From contig JAGWOI010000001.1 of the NCBI GenBank assembly GCA_028870995.1, positions 100,782 to 164,781 of the forward strand: DNA of 64,000 bases. Direction: 5' to 3'. Positions 37,994-47,121 of the stretch are shown piece after piece. Made by a program: the position numbers and the translations under genes. Below the pieces are notes generated by a model. The model was given only the letters and a program-made list of their open reading frames with translations. It searched no databases and had not been told where the DNA came from. Numbering within the stretch: position 1 is the stretch's first letter; each line of letters opens with the position of its first letter. This stretch comes from Candidatus Omnitrophota bacterium (GTDB lineage Bacteria > Omnitrophota > Gorgyraeia > Zapsychrales > Fredricksoniimonadaceae).

Positions 37994-39112
37994 ATGCAGA
38001 ATTCAAAGAATGAGCTTAAGCGGCTTGAGGGAATAAAGAATGATGAAGTCCTGGTAGGCCCCCGAAGCGTTTCCATCGGGATCACCAGAATATGCAATAT
38101 TACCTGCAAATATTGTCTTGGTCAGCCTTTTGATCATCTTGATTCCAAGAATGTGGTGGATCGGCCGCCGTATATAGACATGGCCATTTTTTACAGGCTC
38201 GTGGATGATTGCTCTGAGCTTGGAGTTGAGTCCATGACCCTTTGCGGAGGCGAGCCGACCCTCCACCCGCAGATCAAGGATATGATCGCCTATGTCAGGG
38301 GCAAGGACATGCAGGTGTCCATCAATACCAATGCGACATTCAAAGAAGAATTGGTCAAGGAGTTGGGGCAGGTTGCGGCCCTTAATATCGATCTGGCGAC
38401 GCTTAAAATGGAGGATTATCAAAGTATCCAAGGAGGCACGAAACATCAGTTCAACAGGGTCCTGGCCAACATAAGCGCTGTTGCCGAGTTCAAGAAGGCG
38501 AACAAAGGTCCTGAGCTTAAGATCGTTTATGTCCTGAACAAGGATAATTTTGATCAAATTGATGAAATGATCAAATGGGCCGTCAAAACAGGCATTAACA
38601 GCATTTATTTTAAGATCATGCGGTTTAATGAAAATATCAAGGACCTGGCGATCCTTGAGCCGGATGTCGTCCGGCTTAAGAATTCCCTGCAATTGGCGCT
38701 CAAGAATGGGCTTTATAAGCATATTAAAACCAACCTCAAGGAATTGGCCCGTTTTGTTCTGGATGTCAAATTCAACAAGGAATGCGAAACCATAAATTTT
38801 TATGACTTGTTTGAAGGCGATCTCTATTTCCATGCGTCTTTCAAGGAAGGTTTCAAATGCTATTACGGCTGGTATTCCGCCGACATCGGTCCCTGGGGGC
38901 ACGTGATCCTTTGCTGTACCAACAGGATGACCTTTGTGGGCAATATCTATGAGTATTCCTTCAAAGAGATCTGGAATTCTGCTTATGCCCGGCAGATCAG
39001 GCTCACCATGAAAAATCAATTCGATATCAATAAGAATTTCTTCAAGCCTTGCCATTACTGCCCTAATGTCCATTTTAATACTACGATAGATGCGGCAACG
39101 CAGCACGGTTGA
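37994..39112 (+). CDS. Radical SAM / SPASM-domain protein (paralog family member 3)
   Basis: 'GITRICNITCKYCLG' and 'CGGEPTLHP'. C-terminal 'ILCCTNRMTFVGNIYE...CHYCPNV'. Confidence 0.8.
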   Translation: MQNSKNELKRLEGIKNDEVLVGPRSVSIGITRICNITCKYCLGQPFDHLDSKNVVDRPPYIDMAIFYRLVDDCSELGVESMTLCGGEPTLHPQIKDMIAYVRGKDMQVSINTNATFKEELVKELGQVAALNIDLATLKMEDYQSIQGGTKHQFNRVLANISAVAEFKKANKGPELKIVYVLNKDNFDQIDEMIKWAVKTGINSIYFKIMRFNENIKDLAILEPDVVRLKNSLQLALKNGLYKHIKTNLKELARFVLDVKFNKECETINFYDLFEGDLYFHASFKEGFKCYYGWYSADIGPWGHVILCCTNRMTFVGNIYEYSFKEIWNSAYARQIRLTMKNQFDINKNFFKPCHYCPNVHFNTTIDAATQHG

Positions 39113-39140
39113 GCCGATCAAAAGGCCGCAGGGAGGAGTT

Positions 39141-39869
39141 ATGTTCTTACGATCTGGGATATTGGCGGTTGTTCTGTTGATATCTGGTGGCATTTATTGC
39201 CAGGCCCAGGGTGTTGAAGAAGCCTCAAATCCCGGTCCGGGCGTGGATGAGCTCATCCATAAACAATTAAATTTGGCTAAATATGAGGCGGTTTTGGGCG
39301 ATTTGTCGTCATGTGCAGGAGATCCGGGCTGTATCGCCGATGCGGCATTCATTAAGAATACGGCTTGCGCCGCTGCCGCGTGCAGGCAGGGTAAGGATCC
39401 CGTTGATTGTTTCAGTTCCAATGAAATTTCCTATAATTCCATGCCACAAAAGGCAAGGATCATGGATTCGATATGCGCCTGGATAAAATCGCCAAGCCCA
39501 GAAACAAGGCAAGCGGTCTTACAGCAGATTCCCAATGCGACGGATCGTGATTTGGCGGGGCAGCAGGCGTATCTTGCGGCCCTGCAAGGGTCTGCCGAGA
39601 AATGCCAGGACATTGTTAAGAATTATATCGGCCCCTACGGCCCGGCATGGACGACAGAGTTGTACGTAACCTTATCCGGCTGCCGCATCCTTGCCAAGGA
39701 GACGACAGTTCAAGAGGAAGAAAGAAGTTTTCTGATATGGTTTGAGGTCTCGCAGGGGAAGGGGCAGTGCGCCGATATCCCTATTCCTGAGATGCAAAAA
39801 GCATGCAGTTCTCCGGGAGCTGTGGTTTTATTACGGGGCACAGACCAATACAGCCCTGTTAACCAATAA
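39141..39869 (+). CDS. Secreted Cys-rich protein (10 Cys in the mature part) of unknown function
   Basis: Start is the ATG at 39141 after SD GGAGG. Signal peptide 'MFLRSGILAVVLLISGGIYCQAQG'. Lies between rSAM paralog 3 and the GT39-like gene. Confidence 0.4.
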   Translation: MFLRSGILAVVLLISGGIYCQAQGVEEASNPGPGVDELIHKQLNLAKYEAVLGDLSSCAGDPGCIADAAFIKNTACAAAACRQGKDPVDCFSSNEISYNSMPQKARIMDSICAWIKSPSPETRQAVLQQIPNATDRDLAGQQAYLAALQGSAEKCQDIVKNYIGPYGPAWTTELYVTLSGCRILAKETTVQEEERSFLIWFEVSQGKGQCADIPIPEMQKACSSPGAVVLLRGTDQYSPVNQ

Positions 39870-41306
39870 ATGAAATCCCTGACCTGGAAAGCGAAAGAGC
39901 CGTACATTGTTTTAACTCTTTTTATCATCGGATTCTTTATAAGGCTTTACCGCATTGATGCCCCAGGTTTATGTGATTTTGAAATAATTACCGCCCTGCG
40001 GGTCCACCAACCGTTCTGGAACACCATCTTTCTTGCCGGTGAATCGACATTCCCGCCGCTTTATTATATCTTTCAAAATTTATGGGTGCACGTGTTTGGG
40101 GCAAGTGAATGGGCATTAAGGTTCCCGTCAGCCGTTTTTTCCAGTTTGACCATTATTGCCGTTTATAAGCTGGGATCCGAACTTATTGGTAAAAAGGCCG
40201 GCCTTATAGCCTGCGCCTTAATGGTTTTTTCGCCTTTTGCCGTTAATTATGCGCAAATGGCAAAGATGTATTCATTGTTCTGGCTATTTTCGACGGTCAC
40301 TTTCGTATACTTTTTCCGTCTTTTCAAAAATGAAAGCAGGGGGAACTGGTTTTCTTACGCTTTTGTTTCCCTATTGAGTTGTTACACCATGTACACGGGG
40401 TTTTTACTTCTCGTGGCACAGAACCTGATGTTCTTTATGATGGGCGCAAGAAGGCAATGGAAAAGGTGGCTTTTATGCCAGGCCGTCATTATTTTATGCT
40501 GCATTCCCTGGATCGTGTTCTTCTTGAGTTCCAAGCATGTCGATTATGATTTTAACCTGCCGTACTCGGGACTTAATTATTTCACTTTTTTGGGTGAGGC
40601 ATTCGTATGGCTCATTGGTAATTACAATGACCGGGTTTGGAGCTTGAATTTCCTTTTGGATGTTTTCCTGCTGGGCTGCTTTCTGGCGGGCGCCTTAAAT
40701 CTTTATTTGAAGGAAAAGAAACTTGCCTTGAGATCAAACCACTATGGTCTTTTGATGTGGGTTGTGATCCCTATTGTTTTATATTTCATTGCGGACAGAG
40801 CATATTTGCATACCTTTAAAGATACCAGATTAAGGTACATAGGGTTTATTCAAGTTCCGTTATTCTTGATGATAGGCAGCCAAATGATCAATTTCCGCGG
40901 CTGGGCAGGGAGAATCCTCATTTCAGCGGTGTTTATCCTGGCCCTGAATAACACCTATGTGTATTTTAAAGAAAATTTAAGACTGCCTCAGCAGGATTGG
41001 CGTGTTTTGACAAGGGAATTAAGCGCGAAAGTAGGAAAGGACGATGTTGTTCTATTTTCTGATGACTATACGATGAGGGTGTTTGAATACTATGACAAAA
41101 AAGATACCGGCAGGTTTTTCGAGGTGTCTTTGGCCCATTGCTCATCGTCATTATTATCGAAGCTGGGAATTCTTAAACCCGCGACCAATTCCATCTTTAT
41201 CGTATATGGCAAACCGCAGGCCCCGCAAATGGAATTGAAGGGGTATTCTTTAACCTACCGGGATTTTCTCGGGGGCACAAACTTTCTGCAATATCAGCGC
41301 AATTAG
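39870..41306 (+). CDS. GT-C fold membrane glycosyltransferase, family 39 (ArnT / protein-O-mannosyltransferase-like)
   Basis: 478 aa polytopic. The N-terminal region 'FIIGFFIRLYRIDAPGL...' is typical of GT39/GT83 enzymes that use polyprenyl-phosphate sugars. Confidence 0.6.
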   Translation: MKSLTWKAKEPYIVLTLFIIGFFIRLYRIDAPGLCDFEIITALRVHQPFWNTIFLAGESTFPPLYYIFQNLWVHVFGASEWALRFPSAVFSSLTIIAVYKLGSELIGKKAGLIACALMVFSPFAVNYAQMAKMYSLFWLFSTVTFVYFFRLFKNESRGNWFSYAFVSLLSCYTMYTGFLLLVAQNLMFFMMGARRQWKRWLLCQAVIILCCIPWIVFFLSSKHVDYDFNLPYSGLNYFTFLGEAFVWLIGNYNDRVWSLNFLLDVFLLGCFLAGALNLYLKEKKLALRSNHYGLLMWVVIPIVLYFIADRAYLHTFKDTRLRYIGFIQVPLFLMIGSQMINFRGWAGRILISAVFILALNNTYVYFKENLRLPQQDWRVLTRELSAKVGKDDVVLFSDDYTMRVFEYYDKKDTGRFFEVSLAHCSSSLLSKLGILKPATNSIFIVYGKPQAPQMELKGYSLTYRDFLGGTNFLQYQRN

Positions 41307-42844
41307 GCATTGTTTAAAGCAAGCCCGCTGTCCTTGGTCCGTAATAAATGCCATTTTGTCCTTAAAAGCTGGTCTATTTGCGTGTTTTCAGTGCCTATAA
41401 AAAAGTTTCTGATCAAAAAGAATAACCGCCACGGCCTGGTTATATAGGCGGTCAAATAAAACATCAAGCATAGGAAATATTGAGAGAATACTAAAAATTG
41501 CCTTCCCATCCTGGGGTTATATGTCCTGGAACTTTTGCCTGAACGCGCCAGGGAGGAATAATAGTAATCCGTGCCCCAGGTCATTCGACCTTCTTGGATC
41601 AGTTTGTTCGTATCGGCGCTGCCGGGATACGGGGCGAACATCATAAGGGCGGCATCCTGACAGCCGATCCAGGCGGCTTTGATCAAAAATAGCAACGACT
41701 GGAATTGGTCCCGCAGGGTTTCCTCGGGATGTCCGACGATCATATTGATACGCACATACATTCCCGCTTTGCAGGCAGAACGGACCGCGGAAAGAACGTT
41801 GGCCAATTTAACATTCTTTTTCATGACCCTTAATAATCTTTCTGATCCGCTCTCCGGCGCTAAAACGATGTTCCGGCATCCCGTCTTGTACATCATGCGC
41901 AGCGTTTCAAAATCCAGGGCCTCGCTACGGGTCCCGGTGGGGAGCTGCCAGGTCAGGCTGAACGGTTGTTGGGAAAGAATATCGCAAAATTCCCGTATCC
42001 ATTCTTTTCGGATGATGGAGGTAAGGTCGCAGAAATTCAGATTATTAATATTATAAGATTGGACATAGGTCTTGATTTCGTCCACGACATCAGCCGGCGG
42101 CCTGGTTATATAGCGGTTGCCCCACATGGAGGCATTTGAACAAAAAGTACAGGCGTAGGGACATCCGCGCGTGGCCAGAATAGGCATGGAACGACCCCGG
42201 TGGACCCCCCACGCGTCTTTCTTCGCAAGATAATTTTCCACCGGTATGAGATCCCAAGCGGGCCGGGGCAAGGCGTCGATATGTTGTATTCTCTTTGAGG
42301 GAGGGATGGCCTGTGAAGGCCCGCTTTTATAAGCGGCCACCCCGGGTAGGGAAGAGGTCGCTTCCCCGGACTCAAGCGCATGGATCAGTTCTATTATCTT
42401 ATGTTCTCCTTCGCCTAAAACACAATAATCAACGGCATCTGTTTCTTCAAATATCCTGTTCCAAAAAGCCGTCGCATTCTCCCCTCCCAGGATGATGATC
42501 ATGGAAGGATAACGTTTTTTGATCTTTTCGGCGATCTCACAGAGCAGGGGCCACTCGTGCAGGAACATATTTGTCATGCCGACTATGCGTGAATCAGGCG
42601 GGATGCGCTCCACAATGTCATCCGGCGACAGGCCCTGGCGTGTTAATGAATCCAGGGAACTGGGAATGGCTTCAAAGCGCTCTAGGGCCGATCCGGCCGC
42701 GTCGATGACAAAAACCTCGTGCCCTTCTTGACGGATAATAGCCGCGATATAGGCAAGCCCGATGGGCAGGCACGCGCCAAAAAAACTAAAGTTGGATTTA
42801 AGCTGCAGGATGGGGGGGCGGATCAAACAGATCTTCATAGCCAT
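41303..42844 (-). CDS. Cobalamin-binding (class B) radical SAM protein
   Basis: Start refined to M34 (ATGGCTATGA overlapping the GT2 stop). 'MKICLIRPP...' Rossmann-like B12-binding N-domain, then 'ATRGCPYACTFCSNA'. Confidence 0.8.
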   Translation of the reverse strand: MAMKICLIRPPILQLKSNFSFFGACLPIGLAYIAAIIRQEGHEVFVIDAAGSALERFEAIPSSLDSLTRQGLSPDDIVERIPPDSRIVGMTNMFLHEWPLLCEIAEKIKKRYPSMIIILGGENATAFWNRIFEETDAVDYCVLGEGEHKIIELIHALESGEATSSLPGVAAYKSGPSQAIPPSKRIQHIDALPRPAWDLIPVENYLAKKDAWGVHRGRSMPILATRGCPYACTFCSNASMWGNRYITRPPADVVDEIKTYVQSYNINNLNFCDLTSIIRKEWIREFCDILSQQPFSLTWQLPTGTRSEALDFETLRMMYKTGCRNIVLAPESGSERLLRVMKKNVKLANVLSAVRSACKAGMYVRINMIVGHPEETLRDQFQSLLFLIKAAWIGCQDAALMMFAPYPGSADTNKLIQEGRMTWGTDYYYSSLARSGKSSRTYNPRMGRQFLVFSQYFLCLMFYLTAYITRPWRLFFLIRNFFIGTENTQIDQLLRTKWHLLRTKDSGLALNNA

Positions 42845-43638
42845 TTTTTGACCTTTACTCTCCAAAAGGCGCGCATAAAGACCGCCAGTATCAATATAGA
42901 ATCTTGAAAACGCCGTATTTGCGAGATCCCATACTCCCTGCATTTGTAATAGATGGGTATCTCCAGGACCTTCAGCTTTAGGGCAGATGCGCCCAACAAC
43001 AGGTCAATGTCCCCCCAGGGGTCCAGGGGTTCCCGGGAATCCGGTTGAACGCATATAGCATTATAATCTTTCCTGAACAGGGCTTTAATTCCCCCTAGAA
43101 CATCCGTCAGGCGGATCCCCAACAGCCATGACAGGTAAAGGGCGGAGAGCTTGTTCCCTATCAGATTTAAAACAGGCATGGCGCCTTTTTCCATGGGTAA
43201 AATTAGCCTCGAACCGCAAATCAATCCGGCTTGGCCCTCTTGAAGGGCGGCATAAAATTTTATCATATCCTCAGGCATGATCGTCAAGTCCGAATCAAAA
43301 ATGATCACGATATCCCCGATGGAATGCGCCAAACCAAGGTATACGGCGTCATTCTTGCCGGTATTGGTCTGGGTGAATAACTTAATGGTCTTGTCCGGAT
43401 AAGCCCTGATGACCCTGTTGATCTCCGCGCCGGTGCCGTCTGTCGAATGGCCTTCCACAAAGATGAATTCCTGGCTGGCTCCAAAAGAGGGGGTTCGCTT
43501 AATGATGGTCTCGATGTTATTTTTTTCATTCTTACAGGGGATTATGATCGACACACGATATTCGGGCCGCTTCCAATCCCGGTTCTTGGTAAATCCCGCC
43601 TCAGAGTCCGGCTTCGTTCGTTTTGTAAGATTTTGCAT
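42835..43638 (-). CDS. GT2 family glycosyltransferase (polyprenyl-phosphate sugar synthase, Dpm1/ArnC-like)
   Basis: 'VSIIIPCKNEKNNIETII...EGHSTDGT...DSDL' GT-A DxD-type motifs. Confidence 0.7.
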   Translation of the reverse strand: MQNLTKRTKPDSEAGFTKNRDWKRPEYRVSIIIPCKNEKNNIETIIKRTPSFGASQEFIFVEGHSTDGTGAEINRVIRAYPDKTIKLFTQTNTGKNDAVYLGLAHSIGDIVIIFDSDLTIMPEDMIKFYAALQEGQAGLICGSRLILPMEKGAMPVLNLIGNKLSALYLSWLLGIRLTDVLGGIKALFRKDYNAICVQPDSREPLDPWGDIDLLLGASALKLKVLEIPIYYKCREYGISQIRRFQDSILILAVFMRAFWRVKVKKWL

Positions 43639-44692
43639 TTTTTGCGCTCAAATTAAGGATATCCCGGGCGTTCTTGTCATGAAGGAGGTTTTGTTTGCAA
43701 TAGGGGCATCTGGCACAAAAGTCCTCCTCGCTGTTCTGCGGAAAAGGATTAAGCCATCGTAACCGGGTCTTCTGTGCCTGGGGGCTTTCCCATATTTCTT
43801 CCAAGGTGCTGTCATTCAAATTCCCTAAAAACGTGTACTTATTTAAACAGCAAAATCTGACGCTGTTGTCGGAATCCACATAAAGCGAGAACCAGCCTTC
43901 ATAACAGTGCGGGGGGCGGCCGGAGTCCGGGAACTTTAAGCGGTGCGCGATCTCTTTAAGATTATGTTTGAAAGGCCAGTCTTTTTCGCTGTTGACGAGG
44001 CATAGGTGCCCTAGAAGTTCAAGGTCCTTTTGATCAGGGGACAAGAATTTGGTTTCCTCGATCGCATCGAAGAATTGAAAACGCAATCTTTGGATCCCTG
44101 CTTTTTCGGCCCATTTGAGCATCGGCTCCATCAGGGGGATGGTTTCATGGGTTAAAATAAAAATTATTTCCATGCACGGCTTCTTATATTTTTTTTCCAG
44201 GCTGACCAGAAATTTGATGTTCCTTAGGACAAGATCATACATGGCCGGATTCCTGGGGGCCTGGATCTTTATGAAACTCTCCCGGTCCGGAGAACAAAAA
44301 TTAACAGTCGTCCTTGCTATTTTTGATATAGAGGGCGCATCCTGCCGCGAGAAGGTGGCGTTGGTAAGCAGATCGATGGCAATGTTTCTGGACGAAAATT
44401 CGGAGACGATGTCCCGAAAATGAGGATGGCTTGTCGGCTCGCCGCGGCCGATAAGGGTGATTTCCCTGACGTTCCAGCGCGTGGCGGCTTCGGCTATCCG
44501 GCGGATCAAGGCCATGCTCATGGCCTTTTGCCGGGGTTCCTGTTTTTTAATCAAATAGGACAGGGTGTAACAAAAGGAACATCTTAAGGGGCATTCGGAG
44601 ATGATGTTAAGCAGGATCCTCTCCGGCCCCGCCAGAAGTTTTTGCTGGGCCGCACCGATGATGCGTAAATGATCCGGCGATAAAGAGTCCAT
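43601..44692 (-). CDS. Radical SAM / SPASM-domain protein (paralog family member 4)
   Basis: 'SECPLRCSFCY' and 'GRGEPTSHP'. C-terminal 'FCCLNKYTFLGNLND...CARCPYC'. Confidence 0.8.
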   Translation of the reverse strand: MDSLSPDHLRIIGAAQQKLLAGPERILLNIISECPLRCSFCYTLSYLIKKQEPRQKAMSMALIRRIAEAATRWNVREITLIGRGEPTSHPHFRDIVSEFSSRNIAIDLLTNATFSRQDAPSISKIARTTVNFCSPDRESFIKIQAPRNPAMYDLVLRNIKFLVSLEKKYKKPCMEIIFILTHETIPLMEPMLKWAEKAGIQRLRFQFFDAIEETKFLSPDQKDLELLGHLCLVNSEKDWPFKHNLKEIAHRLKFPDSGRPPHCYEGWFSLYVDSDNSVRFCCLNKYTFLGNLNDSTLEEIWESPQAQKTRLRWLNPFPQNSEEDFCARCPYCKQNLLHDKNARDILNLSAKNAKSYKTNEAGL

Positions 44693-44701
44693 CGCTTAAC
44701 C

Positions 44702-45973
44702 TTAATTATTCATGAGGACTTTACATTTTTTATGCAGGTCGCTCAGTTGGGCGTAATCTTCGTAGCTATTGACGCAAGGCCATAACCAGGGATGGAGATT
44801 TTCAAGGCCTTTATGCGCAATATCTTCACGGCAATTCATATATTCCGTCGTGCCGGGAATGGGCGTAAAGGGCATTAATTCCGGACGGCATCCGGCGTTC
44901 AAGACATCCAGGACCGTGTCTTTAACATCCTTCACGTTCTGGTTTGGCATCCCGGCCAGGATAAAGGCATTGGCCAATATCCCCGCCTTTTTGATCGATT
45001 TCATTATCCTCTGGAAGGCGGGCAATTTATGCACGGAGTGGAATCTTTTGACGGCCGTTTCCCGGTTGTTGGTTTCAACAGATAATGACAGGCGGTTGAC
45101 ACCCGCCATTTTCATTTTAACGAGCAGCGCCTCACTTAGTAAGTTGGGATTCACCCCTTCGGGAAAGGACAAATTAATCTTAATTTTTCTAATGATGATG
45201 AGGTTCAGGAAGCGTTCAAAATGTTCCTTGGGGTTGACCAGGATGCTGGATTCCCACATGGCGACTTTTTTGATCTGGTATTTGTCGATATTTTCCTGGA
45301 TTTCATCGACGGCATCTTCAGGATCGCGCCAGCGCATCGCATTCCCTTCAAGCACATGGACCGCACAATAACTGCATTTGCTCGGGCACCCGCGGCTTAT
45401 TTTCAGGATCATATAATTGGGGGGAGGTTCCAGCAAATCAAGGGCCAGACGGCTGTGGTTCGTGGCGTTCAATTCTCCGATATAAAGTTCGGCCCCCGAC
45501 GTTTTGGCGTGGTCGGGACACAGGGTCGGATAAATGCCTCCCATGGTGATCTTGGCGGACGGAAATGTTTCCCTGCAGATTTTAATGACTTCGTGGACGG
45601 ATTCCCATTGATAAGTAAAGAATGAGGTCACGTAGATCTCGTCCGGTTTTTCCTGCTGTTTTAATTTCTGCCGGATCTCTTCAAAAGGCGTTCCTATGTG
45701 GAATAGGGGGCTGAATATTTCCTTGTCCTTGAAGTTTCCGACCCGCCTTTTGCCGATCTGGTGCCTCTCGGCCGCTTCATCGTATTTGATGTCGCCGGCA
45801 CAGTTTATCAATGAAACGTCATGGCCCTGGTCCCTGAAATAGGAGGCCATACGCAATAAAGCAACAGGAAAAAATGCCGTCATGTTCTCAATCCAGATGC
45901 CCATGTCATCGAAATTCTCGGGCCAGACTTCATACCTGGGAGGATTGATCAAAAGGATACGCTTTTTTATCAT
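44702..45973 (-). CDS. Cobalamin-binding (class B) radical SAM protein
   Basis: 'KKRILLINPP' B12-binding N-domain and 'ISRGCPSKCSYCAVH'. Confidence 0.8.
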   Translation of the reverse strand: MIKKRILLINPPRYEVWPENFDDMGIWIENMTAFFPVALLRMASYFRDQGHDVSLINCAGDIKYDEAAERHQIGKRRVGNFKDKEIFSPLFHIGTPFEEIRQKLKQQEKPDEIYVTSFFTYQWESVHEVIKICRETFPSAKITMGGIYPTLCPDHAKTSGAELYIGELNATNHSRLALDLLEPPPNYMILKISRGCPSKCSYCAVHVLEGNAMRWRDPEDAVDEIQENIDKYQIKKVAMWESSILVNPKEHFERFLNLIIIRKIKINLSFPEGVNPNLLSEALLVKMKMAGVNRLSLSVETNNRETAVKRFHSVHKLPAFQRIMKSIKKAGILANAFILAGMPNQNVKDVKDTVLDVLNAGCRPELMPFTPIPGTTEYMNCREDIAHKGLENLHPWLWPCVNSYEDYAQLSDLHKKCKVLMNN

Positions 45974-46154
45974 CTTTTTTCCTGTGAGCTGAAGACCTTC
46001 TACCGTCGATTATATAGCTGTTGGTTTTTAATACAAGAATAATCTCACTCGATGTTGGCTCTAAAAAAGCAATTCATTCAAGGGAAACATGTTACAATAA
46101 ATATACCATATTCAAAGCGGCAAGGACTTAAAAAGGACATTAAATCGAGGGGGT

Positions 46155-47039
46155 TTGATCATTGATCCTATAAATTTCAGCAGTCAGCTTCTAGTCCTTC
46201 TCCTGGGCCTTGTGACGAGCTATACCGATATTACCGAAAAGAAGATCAAGAATGTTCATCTGATCGTCATTGGCGCTGCGGCTGTAGCCTTGGGGTTGAT
46301 GCAGGCGCCACCGCATCCGGCATCGGCGCCCGATACTTTCGTGAATGTGCTGGTGGCTTCTGCCATCGGCATTCCGCTTTTTATTTCCCGTATGTGGCGT
46401 GGCGGGGATGTCAAATTGTTCATTGTGTATTCCCTCCTGATGCCGGCGACGGGGCAGGAGGGCGTTTTTTTGGCCAGCCCGGTCGTTCTATTCATCAGCA
46501 GCTTTCTTGCGGCACTGATGATTGTCCTTCCTTTTGAAATTTACGAAGTTTTTTGGACCAACAGGCTTTCCCTTAAATCAAAGGAAATTTATTGGGACAA
46601 CATAAAACTCGCGTTCTTGGGGTTCGCCTCGTTCAATTGGATAATATTCTCCTTTTTTTACAAATTGAAATTCTTTAAATACCCTCTGGTGGTGGCGGTG
46701 TTCTCGGTCCTGTTGTTCCCGTTCCTCAACCGATGGGTCATGAAATGGGCTCAAAACGCGCTCGGCCACTGGAGGAATATTATTATGCTGGCGGTCATGG
46801 CCGGGTTTATCATTCATCTTTTATTTATCCCCAGGGAATTCTTCTGGACCGAGCTGGGACGCTCGGTCAGGTCCATCTTCATCTTCAGCACGATTTTTTT
46901 TATTTTTAAGTGTGCGATCGACAAGGCCAATGTATCCAAAGAAAGGATGCCGTTTGCCCCTATGCTCATGATAGGCTATTACGCGAGTTATACGGGTTTT
47001 TTGAAGAAGGTCGCATCGCTGATCATGTGGATGAGATAA
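46155..47039 (+). CDS. A24-family prepilin peptidase-like membrane protein (TadV/CpaA-type, no methyltransferase domain) with extra C-terminal TM helices
   Basis: First catalytic Asp context 'SYTDITEKKIKN'. Second Asp in 'RMWRGGDVKLF', matching the GGGDVKL motif. Polytopic. Confidence 0.55.
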   Translation: MIIDPINFSSQLLVLLLGLVTSYTDITEKKIKNVHLIVIGAAAVALGLMQAPPHPASAPDTFVNVLVASAIGIPLFISRMWRGGDVKLFIVYSLLMPATGQEGVFLASPVVLFISSFLAALMIVLPFEIYEVFWTNRLSLKSKEIYWDNIKLAFLGFASFNWIIFSFFYKLKFFKYPLVVAVFSVLLFPFLNRWVMKWAQNALGHWRNIIMLAVMAGFIIHLLFIPREFFWTELGRSVRSIFIFSTIFFIFKCAIDKANVSKERMPFAPMLMIGYYASYTGFLKKVASLIMWMR

Positions 47040-47121
47040 AATGTTGGTTGGAGGGGGCTTTTTAAGCTGGTATACTATGACCATAATGACCATTTCAGGG
47101 ATTTAAGCGACAGGAGGTGTA

